From an uncultured Christensenellaceae bacterium (GTDB lineage Bacteria > Bacillota > Clostridia > Christensenellales > SZUA-584): a stretch of 64,000 nt of DNA. The translations under genes and the position numbers were made by a program. Shown piece by piece: positions 35,078 to 44,477 of this stretch; position 1 is the stretch's first letter, and every line of letters begins with the position of its first letter. The stretch spans positions 69,062 to 133,061 of the forward strand of contig CAZPHS010000003.1 in assembly GCA_964586785.1 (NCBI GenBank), read 5' to 3'. A model generated the notes under the pieces. The model had not been told where the DNA came from and made no database searches. It saw nothing but the letters and a program-made list of their open reading frames with translations.

Positions 35078-38000
35078 TTACTGCCTCCTTTCACAATGCA
35101 GACAGCGCATGGCTTCCGCCATCGCATTCAGTTTGTGATATCCCTTTATTACTTCGTCAAAATTATTTTTTCTGGTTTCGGGGTCAAGCACTTCCTGTTC
35201 GAAACGGGCGTGCGCCACAACCTCGTCATTATCGGATATTTCGGGAATATCTATAAACTCGCCTTTGTTAAGCTTGCCTTTGCCGCCCAGATATTTGTCT
35301 ATGGAAACAGCGGCCTTTTTACCGTCCGCAATGGCGCGTATAACCTCGTCCGGCCCGCGTGTAACGTCTCCGCCCGCGAAAACGCCTTCCATTGTAGTCA
35401 TCTGTGTGTCGTCCTTTAATACAAATGTGCCCCAAGGAGTGATTCCTATCTCGTCTTTGCCTATAAACGGAAAGTCCGCGTGCTGGCTGACGGCGGGTAT
35501 AACCATATCCGCGTCCAGCACAAAGTTTGAATCCTCTATGAGAACGGAGCGTCTTCTGCCGGAAGCGTCAAAGTTGCCAAGCCTCATTTTTACGCACTCC
35601 ACCTTGCAAACCTTGCCGTCCTTACCGGCAATAAACCGTACCGGAGCGGCAAGTTCAATTATCTCTATGCCCTCCTCTACAGCCTCGCGAATCTCCGTTT
35701 CGTATGCGGGCATAGCGTCCGTCGTTCTTCTGTATAATACGGTAACTTTTTTCGCGCCGAGGCGCAGCGCTGTACGCGCCGAGTCTATAGCCGTGTTTCC
35801 GCCGCCTATAACCATTACATTGCAGCCTATCTGCATGGGAGCGTGCGTATTGGCTTTTTTCAGGAACCGTATGCCGTGTATAACGCCCGGAAGGTCTTCC
35901 CCGGGTATATTCACTTTTTGGGGAAGCTGCGTGCCTGTGGCGATGTATATGGAATCGTATTTTGATTTTATGTCTTTGAAGGATATATCTTTGCCTACTT
36001 CGGTATTAAGGTGTATTTTAACTCCCGCCTGCTCTACAAGCAAAACCTCATGCGCGAGAACGTCTTTGGGCAGCCTGTATTCGGGAATGCCGTAGCAAAG
36101 AACGCCTCCGGCGGTGTCGTGCTCCTCAAAAACATCGACGTCGTAGCCTATGCGCGCGAGATAATACGCGCAGGTTAAGCCGGAAGCTCCCGCTCCTAAA
36201 ACCGCGACGCTCTTGCCGTTTTTAGGGAATACTATATCGTGGGAATAAGCCTTTTCGTTTTGTATCGCGTAATCCGCAACGAACCGTTTCAAATCGCATA
36301 TCGCGACCGCCTCGTCAACTGTGCCCCTGCGGCATTTGCTCTCGCACGGTCTTGTGCATATGCGTCCGCAAACCGCGGGGAACGGGTTTTCCTGGCGGAC
36401 AAGATTATACGCGTCTATAAACCTGCCTGCCGCTATTAAAGACATATAGCCGGGCACGTTTACGTTCGCGGGGCAGGTGTTCTCGCACGGAGATATAAAA
36501 AGCTCCGAGCACACTCCGGCGCGGCAGTATTTGTTTCTTATGTGTTCGTCGTACTCGTCGCGAAAATATTTTATTGTGGACAGCACAGGATTGGGCGCCG
36601 TCTGTCCAAGCCCGCACATGGCGGTTTCTGAAAGCGTTTCGCCAAGCTCAATAAGCAGCTCAACGTCGCCTTCCTTGCCTTCGCCGCGCGTGATGCGCTC
36701 TAATATCTCAAGCATTCGCTTTGTGCCTATGCGGCACGCGGTGCATTTTCCGCATGACTCGTCGCGTATAAAATCCATAAAGAACCGCGCGGTATCGACC
36801 ATGCAGGTATCCTCGTTCATAACTATAAGCCCGCCGGAACCCATAATAGCGCCGAGTTCTTTTAACGGCTCGTAATCGGTTATTACGTTTAAATCCTTTG
36901 TTGTTACGCACCCGCCCGACGGTCCGCCTATCTGCGCCGATTTGAATTTCTTTTTACCGGGCGTTCCGCCGCCTATTTCGAAAATAATATCTCCGAGGGG
37001 AGTTCCTATAGGCACCTCCACAATGCCGGTGTTAACGACATTGCCGGCGAGCGCGAAAACTTTTGTTCCCTTGCTTTGCTCGGTGCCAAAGCCGGAGTAC
37101 CATTCGCCGCCCTTAAAAATTATAACCGGTATGTTCGCGAGCGTTTCGACATTATTAATAATAGTCGGCTTGCCAAAGAGCCCGCTTTGGAAGGGAAACG
37201 GCGGTTTTTGGCGCGGCTCGCCGCGATTGCCCTCTATGGAAGACATAAGCGAGGTTTCCTCGCCGCATACGAAAGCGCCCGCGCCTATGCGTATTTCTAT
37301 GTCAAAAGAAAAATCCGTACCGAATATGTTTTTGCCGAGAAGCCCCAAACCGCGCGCTTCCTCAAGCGCGGCCGTCATTCTTTCCACCGCTATGGGGTAT
37401 TCGGCGCGTATATATATATATCCCATATTTGCGCCTATGGCATAGCCGCCTATCATCATTCCCTCTATAACGGAATGCGGGTCGCCTTCTATTATGCTGC
37501 GGTCCATAAACGCGCCGGGGTCGCCTTCGTCGGCGTTGCATACAATGTATTTGGCGTCGCCGGACTGGTTAAGCGCCGCCTCCCATTTAACACCGGTGGG
37601 GAATCCCGCTCCGCCGCGCCCCTTAAGCCCCGACTTTTTAACAATATCCACTACGTCCTTGGGCGATAATCCCGACAAAGCGCTGTGAATAGCGAAATAG
37701 CCGTCGCTTGCTATATATGCCTCTATATCGCCGAATTCTATTGAGCCGCAATTGCGAAGAGCGATTTTCACCTGTCTTTTGAAAAAATCTATGTCGTCTA
37801 TTTTGGGAACGTGTTTGCGAAGGGAATGATCATAAAAAGTATATTCTTCTATCACCCGACCGCCGATAATATGCGTGTTTATTATCTCTTGCGCTTTTTT
37901 CTCATCAATTTCGGTGTAGAAAACTCTGTCGGGCAGCACAAGCACAACGGGGCCTACGGCGCAGGTTCCCATACAACCGGTTTGATATATCTTAACCTTG

Positions 38001-38176
38001 CCCGCAAGGCCTTTATTTTGTATTCCGTTTACAAAAGTATCGTAAACCTGGGCGCAGTTTGACGAGACGCAGCCCGCGCCGCTGCATATGTATATACGGT
38101 AATCGTATTTTTGCAGTGTTTTATTATACCGCTCTTTTATATCCCTAAGCTGTGATATAGTATTAATTGTTTTCAA
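35078..38176 (-). CDS. hydB: HydB/NuoF-like flavoprotein fused to a GltD/NfnB-like NAD(P)H-FAD oxidoreductase module
   Basis: Residues 1-550: Trx-like [2Fe-2S] (CSGAGC...CMGTC), GRGGAGFPTG FMN/NADH site and ESCGKCTACRIG cluster. Residues about 551-1032: GltD-type di-cluster region (CENTCP..., CGRICTRPCESKC), then VLGAGASGL and VIGGGNTAID dinucleotide folds. Confidence 0.9.
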   Translation of the reverse strand: MKTINTISQLRDIKERYNKTLQKYDYRIYICSGAGCVSSNCAQVYDTFVNGIQNKGLAGKVKIYQTGCMGTCAVGPVVLVLPDRVFYTEIDEKKAQEIINTHIIGGRVIEEYTFYDHSLRKHVPKIDDIDFFKRQVKIALRNCGSIEFGDIEAYIASDGYFAIHSALSGLSPKDVVDIVKKSGLKGRGGAGFPTGVKWEAALNQSGDAKYIVCNADEGDPGAFMDRSIIEGDPHSVIEGMMIGGYAIGANMGYIYIRAEYPIAVERMTAALEEARGLGLLGKNIFGTDFSFDIEIRIGAGAFVCGEETSLMSSIEGNRGEPRQKPPFPFQSGLFGKPTIINNVETLANIPVIIFKGGEWYSGFGTEQSKGTKVFALAGNVVNTGIVEVPIGTPLGDIIFEIGGGTPGKKKFKSAQIGGPSGGCVTTKDLNVITDYEPLKELGAIMGSGGLIVMNEDTCMVDTARFFMDFIRDESCGKCTACRIGTKRMLEILERITRGEGKEGDVELLIELGETLSETAMCGLGQTAPNPVLSTIKYFRDEYDEHIRNKYCRAGVCSELFISPCENTCPANVNVPGYMSLIAAGRFIDAYNLVRQENPFPAVCGRICTRPCESKCRRGTVDEAVAICDLKRFVADYAIQNEKAYSHDIVFPKNGKSVAVLGAGASGLTCAYYLARIGYDVDVFEEHDTAGGVLCYGIPEYRLPKDVLAHEVLLVEQAGVKIHLNTEVGKDISFKDIKSKYDSIYIATGTQLPQKVNIPGEDLPGVIHGIRFLKKANTHAPMQIGCNVMVIGGGNTAIDSARTALRLGAKKVTVLYRRTTDAMPAYETEIREAVEEGIEIIELAAPVRFIAGKDGKVCKVECVKMRLGNFDASGRRRSVLIEDSNFVLDADMVIPAVSQHADFPFIGKDEIGITPWGTFVLKDDTQMTTMEGVFAGGDVTRGPDEVIRAIADGKKAAVSIDKYLGGKGKLNKGEFIDIPEISDNDEVVAHARFEQEVLDPETRKNNFDEVIKGYHKLNAMAEAMRCLHCERRQ

Positions 38177-38188
38177 ATCCGCCGCCTC

Positions 38189-38698
38189 CTATTCGTCGTA
38201 TTTAGACAGTATCGCGCCAAGCTTGTTTACATTAACCTGCTTGTAGACGACGTCGTCTATCATAACAGCGGGAGCAAGCCCGCAAGCGCCTATACAACGC
38301 GCAACCTCGAAAGTGAATTTACCGTCGGGCGTAGTTTGGCCTATATCAACGCCGAGCTTTTCTCTCAGCCCCTCGACTATTTTTTTGCCGCCGCGCACAT
38401 AGCACGCGGTTCCAAGACAGACGCGTATTGTATGGCGGCCTCTCGGCTTTGTTGAAAAGAAAGAATAGAACGTCACAACGCCGGACACCTCCGAAAGAGG
38501 AATGTTCAAAGAATCGGCAATATATATCTGCACGTCAAGAGGCAGGAAACCGTATACCTCCTGCGCCAGATGCAGTATCTGTATAAGGCTGCCGGGCTTG
38601 CCTTTATACAGGTCGATAATGTTCGCGATTTCCGAATATTGCTTTTCGTTGCATTCCTTGCATTCGCAGTGCTTTTCCGTGACAGATTTGGTTTTCAT
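38189..38698 (-). CDS. hydC: HydC/NuoE-like thioredoxin-fold [2Fe-2S] subunit
   Basis: CLGTACYVRG...CIGACGLAPAVMID. Also carries an N-terminal HCECKEC stretch. Confidence 0.9.
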   Translation of the reverse strand: MKTKSVTEKHCECKECNEKQYSEIANIIDLYKGKPGSLIQILHLAQEVYGFLPLDVQIYIADSLNIPLSEVSGVVTFYSFFSTKPRGRHTIRVCLGTACYVRGGKKIVEGLREKLGVDIGQTTPDGKFTFEVARCIGACGLAPAVMIDDVVYKQVNVNKLGAILSKYDE

Positions 38699-38998
38699 CC
38701 CGCACCTCCAAGCTGATTTGAGTAATTATTGATTTTTTTAAATTGTATATAGCGTACCGTAATATTAATGTATCAAAAGAATGTGATAGAAAAATGATTG
38801 AATTTCACAATTAACGGCTTAATTATAGTGCCGTCGCTTTATATTTAGTATTAAAATATAAAAATACTTCACAATTCCATAACAAATATAAATTATTTCC
38901 CTTTAAATATCATTTTCTATTGATGTTTCGCTTGTCAATTCCGAAGCGTTGTTATATCATTATTACACTAAACGGAAGAGAAAGCAGGGGATCCGCAA

Positions 38999-39676
38999 AT
39001 GAAGCAGATACGCCTGTTGATTGTGGAGCCGGGAGCCGAAATAAGAGCCGCCATAAAAAATCACGCGGCGCTTGAGAATTTTGCCGCGGACGAGGCGGCG
39101 GACGGCATAACCGCGTTAAAACTCTTCAGGCGAAACGATTATCACATTATTATTATGGAAGCGAATTTGGAAGAGCTTGACGCGTGGCATGTCTGCCAGC
39201 AGATTCGCAAAAGTTCGCGCGCCCCTATTATTATGCTGTCAAAACAAAGCAGCGAAGAAGAAAAGCTGCTTTTCTATGAGATTGGGGCGGATGATTTTAT
39301 TGAAAAACCGTTTTCATATAAAGAACTTATAGCGCGTATAAACGTTTTGCTGCGCCACAGTAAGCTTCACGAAGATTATACGCCAAGAAGGCTTATTTTT
39401 GACGGGCTTTGCATAGACATAGCGTCCCGAATAGTGTTTGTTGACGGCGAGAGCGTTATGCTTACCCCTAAAGAATACAAGCTGCTCTTGTTCCTCGCGA
39501 AAAATCCCAACCGCGCCATGACGCGCGAGACTATATTAAGCGAGGTGTGGGGGGACGATTTTTTCGGCACCGACAGAACCGTGGACACTCATATAAAAAC
39601 GCTGCGGGAAAACATAAAGCCGTATCATAACTATATAGGCACCGTATGGGGCTACGGGTACATGTTCAAGACTTAA
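38999..39676 (+). CDS. OmpR/PhoB-family response regulator with non-canonical receiver (Glu at the phospho-acceptor position), orphan
   Basis: Winged-helix C-terminus (TPKEYKLLLFLAKNP...TVDTHIKTLRENI...GYGY). The receiver has LLIVEPG instead of the DD/DE pocket and IIIMEANL instead of the phospho-Asp (E54, 39158..39160). The S and K positions are conserved (IIMLS, EKPF). Confidence 0.85.
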   Translation: MKQIRLLIVEPGAEIRAAIKNHAALENFAADEAADGITALKLFRRNDYHIIIMEANLEELDAWHVCQQIRKSSRAPIIMLSKQSSEEEKLLFYEIGADDFIEKPFSYKELIARINVLLRHSKLHEDYTPRRLIFDGLCIDIASRIVFVDGESVMLTPKEYKLLLFLAKNPNRAMTRETILSEVWGDDFFGTDRTVDTHIKTLRENIKPYHNYIGTVWGYGYMFKT

Positions 39677-39691
39677 ATTTATTGTTTTTGA

Positions 39692-40420
39692 TTATTCCGC
39701 GCGCTTATCGGTTTTGTCTTCGCGGTGCAAATCAAAAAGACCGCGGACGTCTTCTATAGGCTCCACAAACAGTATTTTATTTGAAATATCCATTTGAAGC
39801 CCTTGGTGCAAAGCGTTAACCACATTGTCTACCAAATCGCTCGGCATCAAAATCATAACCACTTCTTTCTCGGGTTCTATTTCCATGCCTAATAATGTCG
39901 TGGTAAATTCAGCGCCGGTTCCGCGGCCGTGCATTATTGTTCCGCCTTTAACGCCCGCTTTGCGCGCTATATCCATTACGTCTTCCGCCATGCCGCGATC
40001 GACAATAACCGTCATTTTTTTAAACATACTGTATTCCTCCGTGCCTTGCATAGTATTTTTGCCGGCTTGATTATTGTTAATAAGCTGGTTCGCTGTTATT
40101 ACGGGGCTCGTAAAGGCAATTCCGTGACCGGGCTGATAAAGCTGAAACTCCTCCGTAAACAGTTCCAGCATGGCTTTCGCTTTTTCTTTTTCGAGCAGAA
40201 AACTTAACACTTCTTTTTTTTGGCTCTTTATACCGAGCATATTTAAAACCGTACTTTTTACCGTGCCTTTGCCGAGAATTATTATTCCTCTGCGCATGTC
40301 GTTTTCCTTGGCGATACGCGCGCATTTTTGACATTGATTTTCATTTAAAATAAGCGTCAATATCAAAAACGACTGTTTTATCGACGGTTCGTTCATCTGG
40401 TTATTCATTCTTTCCTCCAA
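39692..40420 (-). CDS. Protein with two tandem P-II-like (GlnB-fold) domains
   Basis: Two repeats of about 100 aa with a P-II-like pattern; the second reads KKMTVIVDRGMAEDVMDIARKAGVKGGTIMHGRGTG...EKEVVMILMP. The start overlaps the upstream DUF1538 gene. Confidence 0.7.
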   Translation of the reverse strand: MEERMNNQMNEPSIKQSFLILTLILNENQCQKCARIAKENDMRRGIIILGKGTVKSTVLNMLGIKSQKKEVLSFLLEKEKAKAMLELFTEEFQLYQPGHGIAFTSPVITANQLINNNQAGKNTMQGTEEYSMFKKMTVIVDRGMAEDVMDIARKAGVKGGTIMHGRGTGAEFTTTLLGMEIEPEKEVVMILMPSDLVDNVVNALHQGLQMDISNKILFVEPIEDVRGLFDLHREDKTDKRAE

Positions 40421-41921
40421 TAGGTCTCTTTTTTAAAACGGCGGCGCCGGACGCTTTACGCGACTTGGCCTGATAAAGCGCGCCTAACAGCTCTATAGCT
40501 ATTATAGGCATCATAGCGACTATTGCTATCATTCCAAACCCGTCGGCCACCACGTCCGCCGTCGGAACCCGCGAAGCGATGCCTTGTATAAAGGCGAGGG
40601 AGAAGGTTGCCGTCATAGGGCCGGAAGCCACGCCTCCCGCGTCAAATGCCATGCCTACAAACAAATCGGGTACAAAGTAAGCTAAAAGCACCGAAATGCC
40701 GAATCCGGGCAGTATATACATCCAAAGCTGTATACCGGGTATGAAAATACGCAAGGCGGACATAAAGATAGACAGGCCGACAGCCACGGACAGGAAAATG
40801 AGAACTAAATTGCGTTTGACCGATCCTCCGGTGACCTCTTCAACCTGATGGGTTAAAACATGTACGGCCGGTTCGGCCAGCACAGTGGTAAGCCCGAGCA
40901 GCCCAGCCACGAATAATATAGGAAATTTAGAGTCCATTGAAGCAAGCTGTATGCCCAATTGGGAGCCGACCGCCATAAAACCTCCGTTTACGCCCAGCAA
41001 AAAGACCACCAGCCCTATGAATGTTAATATTATGCCCCGGACAATATCTATTACTTTTCTGCCTTTATGTTTAAAGAAAAACACCTGAAATATAACGTAA
41101 GCTATAATAATAGGCAGCAGAGTTAAAAAAGCGTCCCAAGCGATGTGAAACAGTTTGGAGCCGTATGTGTCAAACAGATTGACGGCGGTTATATCGGCTT
41201 TAGGCAAAGCGCCGCTCAATTTGCCGTCTCCCACAAAAAGACCCGAAATTAAAACCCCGAGTATCGCGCCTGTGGAGGAGATACCCACCAACCCAAAGCT
41301 GTCGGCTTCACTCATTTTGCTGTCTTTCTTTACCGCGGAGATACCGGCCGCCAACGCAAGCATAAAAGGCACCGTAATCGCGCCTGTCGTGGCGCCCGAA
41401 GCGTCAAACGCTATAGCGAGAAAATCGGACGACGAGAATAATGACAGTATGAAGATTATGGCGTACGCGCCCGTAAACACATATTTAAGCCTTATATTTT
41501 TAAGAATACGCAGCATTCCGAAGGTCATAAGAGTTCCTATTCCCACAGAGACGGCGGCCACCATAAACGTGCTTCCAAACTGTCCTGAGGTTACGCTGTC
41601 AACCTGGTTGGCGAGAATATGCAAATCCGGCTCCGCGTAGGAAATAAAAAAACCTAATATCAAACTGACCGTAATTATCACCGCGTAGCTGTTTAAGTGA
41701 GTAATTGTATTGCCGACGCCGTGCCCTATGGGTTCGAGCCCCTGGTCGATACCGAAAAGAAATACCGTAAGACCTACGATTACAAGAGCGGAGCCTATAA
41801 GAAAGGCATATAACATATTCGGCTCCATGGGGCTTACGGCGAAATGAATTATTAATACAATGAATGTAATAGGCAATACCGAGGCCAAAACTTCTTTAAA
41901 CTTAACGGCTAACGCATTCAA
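40401..41921 (-). CDS. DUF1538-family polytopic membrane protein (two homologous halves), putative transporter
   Basis: About 12 TM segments and an internal duplication (GLEPIGHGVG.. / GVNGGFMAVG.., DASGATTGAITVPF / DAGGVASGPMTATF). Confidence 0.65.
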   Translation of the reverse strand: MNALAVKFKEVLASVLPITFIVLIIHFAVSPMEPNMLYAFLIGSALVIVGLTVFLFGIDQGLEPIGHGVGNTITHLNSYAVIITVSLILGFFISYAEPDLHILANQVDSVTSGQFGSTFMVAAVSVGIGTLMTFGMLRILKNIRLKYVFTGAYAIIFILSLFSSSDFLAIAFDASGATTGAITVPFMLALAAGISAVKKDSKMSEADSFGLVGISSTGAILGVLISGLFVGDGKLSGALPKADITAVNLFDTYGSKLFHIAWDAFLTLLPIIIAYVIFQVFFFKHKGRKVIDIVRGIILTFIGLVVFLLGVNGGFMAVGSQLGIQLASMDSKFPILFVAGLLGLTTVLAEPAVHVLTHQVEEVTGGSVKRNLVLIFLSVAVGLSIFMSALRIFIPGIQLWMYILPGFGISVLLAYFVPDLFVGMAFDAGGVASGPMTATFSLAFIQGIASRVPTADVVADGFGMIAIVAMMPIIAIELLGALYQAKSRKASGAAVLKKRPIGGKNE

Positions 41922-42190
41922 ATAATCACCTCTATGTTAAAAATTCACATCGCTTTTTTGCGGGGCGCTTAAAACCTGCCGCTTAACGCGCGCCAAAATA
42001 AATCGTTAATACAATAACATGAATCGATGAAAACCTCAAATCCTAAAAGCGCGCGTACGCACGCCAAACCGCCCTGATTCGCATATAAAAAGCATTTGTT
42101 AAAATTGCTTTACGGGCAGGCATTTATTTGCTATTATTTTAAAAAGGCGCTATGGGGTTTTGGGAAAATAAATGTGAGGAGATATTGCGT

Positions 42191-42856
42191 ATGAACCGTT
42201 TTGTTCCCGAAATTCAGGGTACATTGAGAAGACATATGGTAAGGGTTCCCGAGGCTATAAACGAAGTCAGCGGAATTCGTATATTCGGCAAGACAATAAA
42301 ATCGCTCGTGTTTACAACGGACGTGGCGCTTATCAAAAACTGCAACGCGAACGCCGTTATCGCCGTTTATCCTTTTACGCCACAGCCCGTTATATCGCAC
42401 GCGCTGATAACCGTATCTGACATTCCGGTTTTCTGCGGTGTTGGGGGAGGCACAACAACAGGCAAACGCGTAATCAACCTTGCGATGGACGCGGAATTCC
42501 AGGGAGCCATAGGCATTGTCGTCAACGCCCCTACGCCTAACGAGACCATATTAAGCCTTAAAAACCGCATAGATATACCCATAGTTGTTACCGTTGTTTC
42601 GGAGCATGAGGATATAGGCGCGAGAATCAGAGCCGGCGCGTCCATACTTAATGTTTCCGGCGCGTCAAAATCACCGCAGATTGTGAAAAAGATACGCGAG
42701 AGATTCCCCGAGGTTCCTATAATAGCTACCGGCGGTCCAAATAACGATTCAATAAACAGAACCATAGAAGCGGGCGCCAACGCAATAACTTACACTCCGC
42801 CGACATCCGCCGAGATATTTAAAAGTCTTATGGAAAAATACCGCGACCAATTCTAG
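42191..42856 (+). CDS. Phosphate-binding TIM-barrel protein of unknown function
   Basis: Alternating beta/alpha pattern with a C-terminal PIIATGGPNN...GANAITYTPP phosphate-binding-like loop. The ATG at 42191 follows GAGGAG. Confidence 0.5.
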   Translation: MNRFVPEIQGTLRRHMVRVPEAINEVSGIRIFGKTIKSLVFTTDVALIKNCNANAVIAVYPFTPQPVISHALITVSDIPVFCGVGGGTTTGKRVINLAMDAEFQGAIGIVVNAPTPNETILSLKNRIDIPIVVTVVSEHEDIGARIRAGASILNVSGASKSPQIVKKIRERFPEVPIIATGGPNNDSINRTIEAGANAITYTPPTSAEIFKSLMEKYRDQF

Positions 42857-42864
42857 CTGTTTGT

Positions 42865-43236
42865 TCAGCCGTTTTTTATATGCTCGCCGGTTATAAGCAT
42901 AAAATTATCGCCGTCCGTCCATAACCGCTCAAGACCGTAGAATTCACGTTCCTGTCTGTGAAAAATATGAATAAGTATATCGCCGTAATCAATAACTATC
43001 CAGCGGCCTTCGCGATAACCCTCAATGCGAAGCCGGTTTCTGCCGGCTTTGGCCATATGGTCTTGAACTTCATCGCATAAGGATTTAACATGCACGTCGG
43101 AGCGACCGCTTGCGAGTATGAAGTAATCCGCGACAATAGTTAAGTTAGAGACATGAATAAGCCTTACGTCCTCGGCTTTGTTCATGAATAAAAGCTTGGC
43201 CGCGTTTTGCACTTCGTCACTGAAATTGTGTTTCAA
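42865..43236 (-). CDS. rsfS: Ribosome silencing factor RsfS (Iojap family)
   Basis: ADYFILASGRSDVHVKSL...WIVIDYGDILIHIFHRQEREFYGLERLW. Confidence 0.9.
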   Translation of the reverse strand: MKHNFSDEVQNAAKLLFMNKAEDVRLIHVSNLTIVADYFILASGRSDVHVKSLCDEVQDHMAKAGRNRLRIEGYREGRWIVIDYGDILIHIFHRQEREFYGLERLWTDGDNFMLITGEHIKNG

Positions 43237-43240
43237 ATTT

Positions 43241-43810
43241 TTATTTTTCCTCCTCTTTAAATAAATCGTTGTATGCTTTTACGCTGTTGGGGTGAAGCGC
43301 GAAACCCTTGCGTTTCACAAATTCCATAACTTTTTGCAGCGCGAGACGCATAGCCAGGTCAACGTCTTTTTTCGCGAGTTCCCTTATATCGTCCAAATCG
43401 TCAAATTTACGGGAAGGCTCTGTTAAATCCGCGATATACACTATCTTCTCAAGCCGCGACATACCGGCGCGTCCCGTCGTGTGCCAGCGTATGGCGTTTA
43501 AAACGTCTTCGTCGGTTATGCCGAAAAGCTTATTGGCCATTGCCGCGCCCAGTCTTCCGTGAAGCAGCTCCTTGTTGTTTTGTTCGTACTCGTCGGCGGA
43601 GACGCGGTAATCTTCGGCGGTTTTCGCAATCGCCTCGCCGCTCAGTCCCTTGGCTATATCATGCAAAAGCCCCGCCATATATGCCTTGCGCTCGTCTTCG
43701 CCGTGTATTTTCGCGAGCGTCGAAGCCATACTCGCCGTTTTCAAAGAATGTTCCGTTCTTTGCGGGTCAAGATTGTCGTGCAGAAAAGTAATTATATCAT
43801 CAATCAGCAT
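43241..43810 (-). CDS. yqeK: HD-domain bis(5'-nucleosyl)-tetraphosphatase YqeK
   Basis: HSLKTA..., LLHDIAK and RWHTTG motifs. Conserved nadD-yqeK-rsfS order. Confidence 0.85.
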   Translation of the reverse strand: MLIDDIITFLHDNLDPQRTEHSLKTASMASTLAKIHGEDERKAYMAGLLHDIAKGLSGEAIAKTAEDYRVSADEYEQNNKELLHGRLGAAMANKLFGITDEDVLNAIRWHTTGRAGMSRLEKIVYIADLTEPSRKFDDLDDIRELAKKDVDLAMRLALQKVMEFVKRKGFALHPNSVKAYNDLFKEEEK

Positions 43811-44477
43811 CGGCGCCTCTTTTTTCGTATAAACGGTTACATAAAATATAATCGGCTACGGGTTTTGGCACAAGCCCCTCTGAAAGTTTATTTTCGGCGG
43901 CCTGCATACGCACAAGAGAAGATGATATATCGGGGCCGCGCTCGCGCGAGAGGTGTATTTTATGACCGTATTTTTTGTTAAGCCTCTCCGCGAAATGTGT
44001 AACAAGAAGTTTTTCCTGTCCCGGGCGCGGAATACATATAAAATTCGTAAGAGTCATCACGCGGTCTATACGTTTCCAAGTCTCAAGCTCGAAAAGCGTA
44101 TCCGTTCCTATAATATAATAATATTCCGCGTTGGCGTCCCTGCCCGCTATAAGCTCTAAAGTATCCGCGGTATACGTTATGCCGCCGCGTCCGGTTTCTA
44201 TTGTGCTTAAGCTGAAACGGTTTTCGGACGATATTGCCAGCTTTAGCATCTCAAGCCGGTGGCGGGACGAGGCTATTTGTTCGTTTGGTTTATGCGGGGG
44301 CGTGCCCAAAGGGAGAAAAATAACCTCGCCAAGCATAAATTCATATAAAGCGATATAGGCAATGCTTATGTGGCCGTTGTGTACCGGATTAAACGAGCCG
44401 CCGAGTATTCCTATTCTTTTTTGTTTTTGCTGCAAGCAGATAGTTTCGAAAGAGGAGTATTCCTCATAAGCCCGCAT
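43800..44477 (-). CDS. nadD: Nicotinate-nucleotide adenylyltransferase
   Basis: GILGGSFNPVHNGH and ISSSLVR motifs. Confidence 0.9.
   Translation of the reverse strand: MRAYEEYSSFETICLQQKQKRIGILGGSFNPVHNGHISIAYIALYEFMLGEVIFLPLGTPPHKPNEQIASSRHRLEMLKLAISSENRFSLSTIETGRGGITYTADTLELIAGRDANAEYYYIIGTDTLFELETWKRIDRVMTLTNFICIPRPGQEKLLVTHFAERLNKKYGHKIHLSRERGPDISSSLVRMQAAENKLSEGLVPKPVADYILCNRLYEKRGADAD

Noticed and set aside
41922-42190. 270-bp leader upstream of the DUF1538/P-II operon, inspected on the minus strand for a riboswitch (for example a c-di-AMP/ydaO-like element)
   Set aside because: I could not recognise any conserved riboswitch core or a convincing terminator/antiterminator pair by eye. 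An Infernal/Rfam scan would be needed before claiming anything.
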